From positions 42,346,001 to 42,410,000 of the forward strand of contig OX597827.1 in the NCBI GenBank assembly GCA_951406725.2: 64,000 bases of DNA, read 5' to 3'. A program made the position numbers and the translations under genes. The notes under the pieces are model-generated. The model was given only the letters and a program-made list of their open reading frames with translations, was not told the DNA's origin and did not search any database. This stretch comes from Octopus vulgaris (Eukaryota). Each line of letters begins with the position of its first letter. Within the stretch, counting starts at the first letter, position 1. Shown here piece by piece: positions 53,518-64,000 of the stretch.

Positions 53518-56205
53518 CTATGTTTGACTTTTGCTTTATATTTGTACAAGTTGGCTCCAAGTCTCACCCAGAGACCTCAAGAGACAACAGGGTTGGAAGT
53601 TCATGTTGTTGTTATGCCTAGTGTGCCATATATTTGGGGGGTGGGGATGTTGTACTAATGAATGTCTAAAAAAAAAAAAAGGTTTTTTAAATTTTTTTTT
53701 TAAACCGAAAATTATGTTTGTTTTAAACCTTGAGATTACATAGAGAGTATTTTGCGTAGGATATGAGCAGTTCCCATGAGCACTATCTTTTGAACTTCTG
53801 CCATTTTTGGGTTTCCTGGTATCTGAGTTAGGTAGCTATCAGCCCCTTTTGCTATCATTCCCAGGGCACCTATGACAACAGGTATTGTTTTAGTCTTCAG
53901 CTTCCACATTTTGCTGATTTCTATTTCAAGATCTTTATATTTGCTCAGTTTTTGGTAGGTTTTGACAGATACGTTTATATCGATTGGGACAGTCATATCA
54001 ATGAGGAGGCATGTTCTTTGTTTGAAGTTTTTCAATATGATGTCTGGCCTATTTGCATCTATCTTCCTGTCAGTTTGAATGGTGAAGTTCCAGAGGAGTG
54101 AGATGTGGTCATTTTCAAGCACTGGGGGTGGTTTGTGTTCCCACCAGTTTTTTTCATGGGGCAAATCCAGGTTTTTACAGATTACCCAGTGAATATATTG
54201 TGCAGCTCTATCGTGCCTGTTGAGATACTCTGTAGGCGCTAGAAGACTGCACTTGGAGACCACATGGTCAATGGTTTCATTTTGTTGCTTGCATACACGA
54301 CACGTTGGACTGCTTCTGATCTTTAATATGTTGGCCTGGTAGTTTCTTGTTGGTAGGCATTGATCTTGAGCTGCTATGATAAACCCCTCTGTTTCAGATT
54401 TTAAGCCAGAGGCCATTAGCCATTGATGGGTCAGGGCTTTGTCGATATCTGCATTATTCGCTCTCTTTGGGTATTTGCCATAGAGAGGTTTTTCTTGCCA
54501 TTTATTATTCAGAATATCTAAGGCCGCAGTTTTGGCACGGGTTTTCATGCGCCTAGCTTTTTCTGTGCTTGTTTCTTGTATATCTATCTCTAATTCCGAA
54601 ATTGGTTGTATTCGGAGTTCACTTAGATATTCCTTTGCCTGTTTTGTGACTGAGTATGATGCTTTCTTGTTTTCATGTTTTGAGACAAGTTTTAGCATCC
54701 AGTCCTCAGAGTTTTTCAGGTAGGTGTCTAGGCCAATTGTAGCAATCTTCATTGTTATTGCCAGTTGCAAAAGACCACGGCCTCCTCTTTTCTTGGCAGA
54801 TAGAGTCGTTCTGTATCTGCTTTAGGGTGGTGCATTCTATGCATTGTCAACAGTTTCCTTATTTTTCTGTCGAGCTGACATATTTCAGTAATTGACCAGT
54901 TAACAATATTGAAACTGTAAGTCACGACTGGTATAGCTAATGCATTGATTGCTTCGATCCTGTTTCTTGCATTCAGCTCTGTCTTGAGTATTGCTCTCAC
55001 TCTTCGATAGCATTCTCTCCTGATCCTTTCCTTCATCTCTGAATGCCTTATTCCGTTCCCTTCAATTATCCCTAGGTACTTGTAGCTCTCCGCTGGGTCT
55101 AGTTCTTTTATGACATTCTGTTGGTCAAAGTTAACGTTAGATGTTTCTGTCATTTTTCCTTTGATAAAGGTAGCCTTTGCACATTTATCGAGGCCGAATT
55201 GCATTCTGATGTCGTCACTGAATTGTTTGACTATCGCTAGTAAGCCCTTGAGTTGTTGATCATTTTTTGCAAAAAGCTTTAAATCATCCATGTAAACGAG
55301 ATGATTTATATTTTTATCAAACATTTTATACCCGTACTGCGCGTCATTGAGCAGCTTTGAGAGAGGTATTAAGGATAAACAAAAGAGGAGTGGTGACAGT
55401 GAGTCACCCTGGAAAATGCCACACGAAATTTTTACATCCCCAGCATTTAGGGATTCACTGTCACTGTTCAGAGTTAGTGTGGTTCTCCATGATCTCATAC
55501 TTACAGTCAAGAAGTTTCGCAGAGTTGGTGCTATCTTATACATTTCAAGGCATTTCCTAATCCAGCTATGTGGTAGGCTATCAAAAGCCTTTTTATAGTC
55601 TATCCAGGCTATTGATAAGTTTTTGTGTCGTTTGTGACAATCTTCTAAGATCATCTTATTGATGAGTAGTTGGTCTTTACAGCCGTAGGATCCACGTTTA
55701 CATCCTTTCTGTTCATTAGGGAATATGCTGCTGTCTGTTAAAAAACTATAGGTATATTCCGTCAGGACAGATGTTAGTGTTTTGTACATAGTTGTTAAGC
55801 AGGTTATGGGTCTATAGTTTTTTGGTTCATTTGTTTCTTCACTTTTTGGAAGCAGGAATGTTAACCCATTAACTAGCCAAGGAGGCATCCTACTAGGGTG
55901 TTGCAAAACATCATTGTACAGTTCTGTTAGCAGTTCATGGCTCTCTGGGAAGGCATTCAGCCAGAAGTTAGGAATTTTATCCTTTCCTGGAGACTTCCAT
56001 TTGCTTGACCTCCTGAGAGCAGATCTTATATCTTCTACCTTGACACCCTCCCACTTTTGCTCTTCTAAGGGGTCCAGTTCTGTAGATATTCTGTCAATCC
56101 AGGGGCCTTTTCGTTGTGTGTTTTTTCTTCTGCCCAGATTTTATTCCAAAATCTCTGCACTTCTTCTTTTGATGGTACAGACCCTGCAGTAAACGCTGTT
56201 TTTCC
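53518..56205 (-). mobile_element. 5'-truncated R4/Dong-clade non-LTR retrotransposon (RT + CCHC + RLE) inserted in (TTA)n
   Basis: NYRPITCL, WIDYKKAFDS, GIFQGDSLSPLLF, YMDD, YKYLG, CRVC..ETIDHVVSKC, RHD, RPDI..IDMTVP, KLSKY. (TTA)n immediately at both ends. Confidence 0.95.
53736..56200 (-). pseudogene. Dong ORF broken by two frameshifts
   Basis: A one-base loss at about 54783 breaks LPRKE-GGRGL, joining ORFs 54755-55906 and 53736-54770. The frame continues upstream (WKSPGKDKIPNFW) to a second shift at about 56130. Confidence 0.85.
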
Positions 56206-56278
<73 letters not shown>

Positions 56279-56375
56279 TAATTGACTTTTGCTTTGTATT
56301 TGTACAAGAGACTCCAGAGATCTCAAGAGACAACAAGTTAGAAGTTCATGTTGGCGTTATGCTTAGGGTGTCATA

Positions 56376-56376
<1 letters not shown>
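56279..56376 (-). mobile_element. Very short 3'-terminal fragment of the same Dong family
   Basis: ttgacttttgctttgtatttgtacaag...aagagacaaca...gaagttcatgttg matches 53524-53632. (TTA)n on both sides. Confidence 0.85.
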
Positions 56377-56448
<72 letters not shown>

Positions 56449-56816
56449 GCCAGATATTTCCCTGACAACCGACTGGTGACCTGTATAGCTTTATATTTGG
56501 AGAATTTAGACTTCAAAATGATCAGAGAAAAAAAAGCTAATAAAATTTTTCTACAAATGTAACCATATATAGGAAGTGAAATACGACCAGTGGGTGTATC
56601 TATAGGTTTTCAGTGTAACACATTTAAATTATAACAATGTCCTTTTATGTATTTGTCTGGCTGTCTATCTATTTTCTCTCTCTCTTTCCCTCTTTTTCTC
56701 TAACGCTCTATCTCGGTTTGACTGGCTACCTACCTAGCTACGTACCCACCTACCTACAACATATACCTATCAATGTGTATATATATACACATACATACAT
56801 ACATACATACATACAA

Positions 56817-56864
<48 letters not shown>

Positions 56865-56867
<3 letters not shown>

Positions 56868-57252
56868 TTTACTGTTTTACTATTTTGCTTGTTTCAGTCA
56901 TTTCACTGTGGCCATGCTGGAGCACCGCCTTTTTAGTCGAGCAAATCGACCCCAGGACTTATTCTTTGTAAGCCTAGTACTTATTCTATCGATCTCTTTT
57001 TGCCGAACCACAAAGTTACGGCTACGTAAACACACCAGCATCGGTTGTCAAGCGATGCTGGGAGGACAAACACAGACACACAAACATACATATTTATCGA
57101 CGGGCTGCTTTCAGTTACCGTCTACCAAATCCACTCACAAGGCTTTGGTCGGCCAGAGGCTATAGTAGAAGACACTTGCCCAAGATGCCACGCAGTGGGA
57201 CTGAACCCGGAACCATGTGGTCGGTAAGCAAGCTCCTTACCACACAGCCACC
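56865..57252 (-). mobile_element. SINE family B
   Basis: Reverse complement of the consensus. Confidence 0.9.
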
Positions 57253-57563
57253 TCTGTGACTTTCTTTAACACACATACAAACGTTCACAAATTCATGTAA
57301 GCTTCTATACACATTCGCACGAACACACGTACACTCACAGATATAAATATTTAAGTATCGCTACTCAGATACTATAAAGATAATTGCATTACTCTTAGTG
57401 ACACTCAGTAACATTTAGTGACCACTAATAACCTATAGTGACCCAGAGTGACCATTGTTATATACTGATGGACAAACGTCTTCATTGTCATTTTCTCTGC
57501 AAATCTGGGGTGTGCTATTTAATTATTTATTTATTTAAGCGATTATGTTGATGCTTGTAAGTG

Positions 57564-57611
<48 letters not shown>

Positions 57612-57917
57612 GTTTGTGTGTGTATGTATGCATGTAGAAATACAATCTTATATATACATACACATATATACACATTTATACATAAACATAATCATCTGTA
57701 TGCGTACATATGTATGTATGTATATATGTATAGGGAGAGAGAGAGTGAGTGACATATGATGGAGTTGGATACATACATACACACATACACGCACATACAC
57801 ACATACATATATATATATCTGAAATGAGAGCAGAGAGCAGGGGAAAGAAATAGTGATAGATGTAGGAAATGAAAATAAATTTAGGAAACAGCATAAAGAC
57901 AAAAGAAATATCTCTCT

Positions 57918-57992
<75 letters not shown>

Positions 57993-60483
57993 ATGTGTAT
58001 GTATATATGTGTATATATTTGTGAACACACATACAAACACACATATCCAAAAAACGGAATAAGAACGTCACGGAAGACAATAAAAACATACGGACAGATA
58101 GACGGTACAAGGACGGACAGGAAAAACCAAGACTATCATTCGTAGCCCTTTATTCTTCAGTAAAGCTTTCAATTATCATTACAGTTTCGGCTGGTTACAC
58201 TTGAAACTGTTCAAAATTGGTAGCCGCCCCCCATCCAATCTTAGCTAAGAGCATTAAATTTTTGGAAGAAAGCAAGCGAATGTGTACGACTACACAGACA
58301 AAAAAAAAATGAGATAACGGAGAAACGTTACACGATTGCAAATACAAACAACAAGAGAATAACAACAGGTGTCTTTCATCTAATGAGGACAGCTGGCGTG
58401 GGAAGTGAAAGCCTTGAGGCACAAACATAGACGAAAGTCAGGAGACAGGAAAATAAGATGTACAGGCCGAGAAAGAAAGATCATGCTTGGCTGAACATCG
58501 GTCCCATAGAGGGACAGAGAGGGGTAGAAGCAGAGGGGTTGAAGAATTAGAGAAGGAATTAGAAAAAGAGAGAGAGAGAGAAGGGGCGGAGGGAAAGGTA
58601 CAAGGGAGACAACGAAGGAAAGTAGAAAGATTAAAGAAAGCGAATGCTAAGAAATGTGGGAGAGAGGGGCCAGAAAAAGAAAGGAGGAAAGAAAGAAGAA
58701 AGTATATATTCGGCTAATGTCTTTCTTTAATTAGTTTTCTATCCATCATACGGCCAGCATTAGTTTCAATGTTTCATCGATGAACACAAGCCACGTGAAT
58801 TGCATGGAAAGTGATTTAATTCAAAACCTCGTACAGAACAGAAAAATATACTTTTCTTCGGAGCAAATAAACTTGACTTGAGAGCAACTATTGTAATTTA
58901 GCTTAAATTCTAGTTGTTTTTTTTGTTTTGTTTTTTACTATTTCGTGTCGAATTTCCTAATACTCTGTCTCATATTATGTCCTTAAGGTCATATATGTCC
59001 ATGAGGACATATCTTTCTTAAGTGGCTCAACTGTACTTCTAGCTTAAATTTCTCCTTGGTTTTTCCGTGTTGAAGTTTCATATAACACTTGTGTAGGCTG
59101 TAGTCACAGCCAAGATGTAATTCACTATCCTTGAGTACAGAAATGTGTTTTTTTTTTAAGCTTGACGTTTGTATTTCTTTGCGTGGAGGTACGAGGAGGG
59201 GGTTTCTTGACTCATATTCAAATGTGGCCAGTTAAGGACAGAAGTTTTTGTTTTCCGTTGCATGCGATCGACAGTGGCTGTCGTGACCGTTGCATATCTT
59301 TGCTTGAACGAAAGAAAGAAGAAAACAAGCAAACAAAGAAGGAAGGAGAGAACGAAAAAGAAAGAGTCCATCAGAGTGCAGAGTTGATTGTTTTGCAATG
59401 AATAGCTTGTGTGGTCTTTCATAGAATGGAATGCAACAAACCAAAAAAATAAAACACACAAACACACACACACACACAAAAGCAACAACACTCTACTTAA
59501 TTCTAAGATTGTTTTCTTGACTTCCTTTTAAGAACCAAATAATTTCCAGAGTTTGAAACATTAGACGTATTCCCGCATCTAAAAGAGCGAGAGTGTTGTG
59601 CGTAATTATCTTTAAGAGAGTTTTCGGTTAATCTGTTGCGCTGTACACTTTTACTGAACAGTTTAGCAATTCTACTTTATTATTTGTACTATTCATTTTG
59701 ATAGTCATTTTCTATCAAAAGGACATCTGTTTCTGTCTCTGATATTCCATTCCAGTTGAGTTGTTTTGAGGTTTGTTTAGATTTCTGGTGGTTCAAGATT
59801 TTACGATCCTACGTACCCTATACAGCAATAGCTAGATTTAACTGGGGAATTCGCGGCAAATTTTGTGCTATTTCTGTGAAGTGAGCGAGTGCGCACGAAT
59901 CAGTATGAAATGAATCCTAGCAAAATTTGTGGATATATTTAAACTACAATAGTATTTCTCTTTCTCAGTTTTGTATTGATAAATGTCTGTTGCTCTGTGT
60001 AGTTCAGCAATCCATCAAAGCCACTTCTAGCCGGCGGTCTATTGTACTGTTGAGCAGCATTGTTAATATCTCTCTGTAAATGGCGACTTAGATGTAGCAA
60101 GCGGCAAACATTTCTATTGATCTTTACTGGTGCAACCTATTATTCTGTGCTACCGTTTCTGCTGGTAAACGAATAAGCGTGTATTCGCTTATCTTTTACT
60201 TGTAGTATTAGACTGTGGCCATGCTGGGGCACCACCTTCAAGAATTTTTAGTGGAAATTATTTTTAAGAAATTATTTTTAAGCCTGGTACTTATTCTAAT
60301 AGTCTCTTTTACCGAACCGCTAGGTAACAGGGACGTAAACATTCCAAGACCGGTTCTCAATGGGTGATGAGATGAGAACACAAACACAAAGGAAAGCAAT
60401 CACACACTGGTACTCATATATATGTATACATTCATACATGTATATAAACAATATATATATATGTATGTACGTATGTATGTATA

Positions 60484-60583
<100 letters not shown>

Positions 60584-60775
60584 ATATATATAGGTATGTA
60601 TGTATATATAAATGTATGTTTTTTCCAGTACTTACAAATAACACGGAAAAAATAAATAAACGGTTACCAGGGTAGCAAACGTTCACACAAGTAACAAGGA
60701 TGTAACAGCCTATTTATAAAGGTAAAATCTCCAGGTTTAGGTAAAATGCTTTGTATAATATAGATAAATAAATAA

Positions 60776-61139
60776 ATGGAGGTAAATGCAGGTGTTATTC
60801 AAATTCTTTTACTTCCGACATATGTTTCGAAGGCTACATTGGTATTATTCCAGAAGTAATAAAATGGTGTAAAATATTGCAATCTTCTCATCAGCGAAAG
60901 AAAGAAACCAAACACATCAATAAGACATTTTAACAGAATGTGATGACAGCATAAATGATGAAGTGAACGCTATCAAGTTAGAATATATAACGTTAGTAAA
61001 TGTAACGTAAAAAGGTAGTTTATAGAAAGTGAAAGAAATTAGCAGAAAACTAACAGTGGAGAGATATAGAATAATACCAATGTTATCTTCGAAACATATG
61101 TTGGAAGTAAAAGAATTTGAATAAAACCTGCGTTTACCT

Positions 61140-61143
<4 letters not shown>
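60776..61143. mobile_element. Inverted pLTR-like pair (Penelope-type)
   Basis: Arms about 60776-60850 and 61069-61143 are reverse complements. (TA)n on the right. Confidence 0.75.
60812..60900 (-). ncRNA. Type I hammerhead ribozyme (canonical core)
   Basis: Minus strand ctttcg-CTGATGA-gaagattgca...tgtagccttc-GAAA-catatg-TC-ggaag. Palindromic stem III ACATATGT; GUC site. The first stem I pair is a G-G mismatch. Confidence 0.75.
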
Positions 61144-61210
<67 letters not shown>

Positions 61211-61264
61211 GACATACATACGTACATATATGTATGTATATATGTATCAATATATGCATATTTA

Positions 61265-61329
<65 letters not shown>

Positions 61330-61539
61330 ATCTTCTGTATTGACCGCTTTCCACCACTTTGATCTGTTTTTTGTATTGAATACGTATCGCCACCGTGGGC
61401 CACTGCATCGAACACTTTGAACATATACTTCAAACTATATATCAACTATACATGAACTCTAAGATGTCTGACTCCGTTGTGTATTATAAATGAATTTCTT
61501 GTGTTTGACGCCATGAGCTGTCTCTTTTTATATATAACT

Positions 61540-61582
61540 TTTTTTGATAAGGTTCATTTCAGGAACTGAAACATGTTATAAT
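61540..61582 (+). ncRNA. Hammerhead-like motif with U3-A8 core
   Basis: TTGATAA-ggttc(atttcag)gaact-GAAA-catg-TT. Palindromic ACATGT; stem I weak. Confidence 0.5.
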
Positions 61583-61639
61583 GTATATATAAAAATTAAA
61601 AATTGTATAATACAGCAGCATTTTCGAACTTCATTTTTT

Positions 61640-61670
<31 letters not shown>

Positions 61671-61677
61671 CTATTTC

Positions 61678-61833
61678 AAGCTGAAAATTTTTTACAAACG
61701 GTAGCTCTAAGTTTCACGTGACCGTAATCAAACAGTTTTGACAATACAGAATATCAGATTCAATATTATCACAACTGTCTGATGAACGGCCACGTGAAAC
61801 TCCGAGGAATATTTTGTAAAGATTTTTCAGCTT
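61678..61833. mobile_element. Imperfect inverted repeat with decayed hammerhead (61779-61807)
   Basis: Arms 61678-61746 and 61764-61833. Right arm CTGATGA-acg(gcca)cgt-GAAA-ctccgag, without a valid UH site. Confidence 0.55.
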
Positions 61834-61962
61834 TAATAAAATAGCCTATTACTCTAACTTTGTTATTCGTGCATTATTCCTACCACACTCTTATTTCGCA
61901 TCTATATACTCATTTGTGTATCTGTGCGTGTACGTGTGTGCATGTATGTGTGTTTATATATG

Positions 61963-61996
<34 letters not shown>

Positions 61997-62433
61997 AATA
62001 GAGAAGAGGCAGAGGAAACAGGGACAAATGTAGCAATAAATGCTCCGTTCGTGTCTGTGTATGTGAAAAGAATGAAGGATATACGGAGAGAAAGAAAAGA
62101 GGTTGTGACAAAATTAGTTATCGGTGTACAAGAACAGCGAAAGAAAACCTTCAAAGGTATAAAGAAGTTATTAGGATCTTTCAGGAATATGGAAGCGTGC
62201 ATTGAGCAAGGAAAATGAAAAAGGAAAAGAAGACGAGTGGGGGAAGGGGAAAATCGGAGGGCTGCAAGAGAGGGTGAACAGGTTTTGGAAGGGAAGCAAA
62301 AGAAGAAAAAAGAAGAAAAAAAAAAAAATATTAACGAGAATAAAACGAAAGAAAGGTAAAAAAAAAAAAAATTAAAGAACGGAATATCATAAAATAGCAA
62401 AGGTAAAAATGGAGGAAGGATAATCGTAAAATG

Positions 62434-63710
<1,277 letters not shown>

Positions 63711-64000
63711 AACGATGTTCAAGCAAACAAAACTACCCAAAGAAGAATGCGGAAGCAAGAGCGTAAAAATAAGAGCAGAAGAGGAAGAGATTAAGGGGAA
63801 GAAAGCAAGAAAGAAAGCCCGAGAGGAAGGAAAGAAGAAAGGAAGGAAGGAAACAAAGAGAAGAAAATGAAGTAAAAAAAAAAAAAAATAAGGACGAAAG
63901 AAGTAAGGAGAGAACGAAAACGAAAGAGTCCTTCAGAGTGCAGAGTCGATTGTTTTGCAATGAATAGCTGGTGCGTTCTTTCATAGAATGAAAGAATAAG

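Noticed and set aside
59156-59330. Possible minus-strand terminal exon after a pyrimidine tract
   Set aside because: No recognisable homology or partner exons.

Overview
AT-rich, microsatellite-saturated, non-genic animal DNA. The SINE and LINE families look like those of a coleoid cephalopod, probably Octopus; this is an inference from recalled repeats, not a database result. I could not support any host protein-coding gene, and almost every listed ORF is a microsatellite or repeat artefact. The window holds three tRNA-derived SINE families in many copies, a 5'-truncated R4/Dong-type RLE retrotransposon inside (TTA)n, and a ~560-bp non-autonomous element with the same (TAA)n preference. It also holds fragments of L1/Tx1, CR1/Jockey, RTE and Penelope (GIY-YIG) elements, mariner, maT, Tigger, Merlin-like and Helentron-like DNA elements, tandem repeats, and a ~390-bp 28S rRNA fragment fused to a SINE head. 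The most interesting signal is a set of minimal type I hammerhead ribozyme motifs in short, often palindromic Penelope-pLTR-like elements, most next to (TA)n. Three have a canonical core. Three unrelated families carry a U3-A8 core (UUGANAA) that would preserve the catalytic 3-8 base pair. All structures were folded by eye, and coordinates of decayed elements are approximate.
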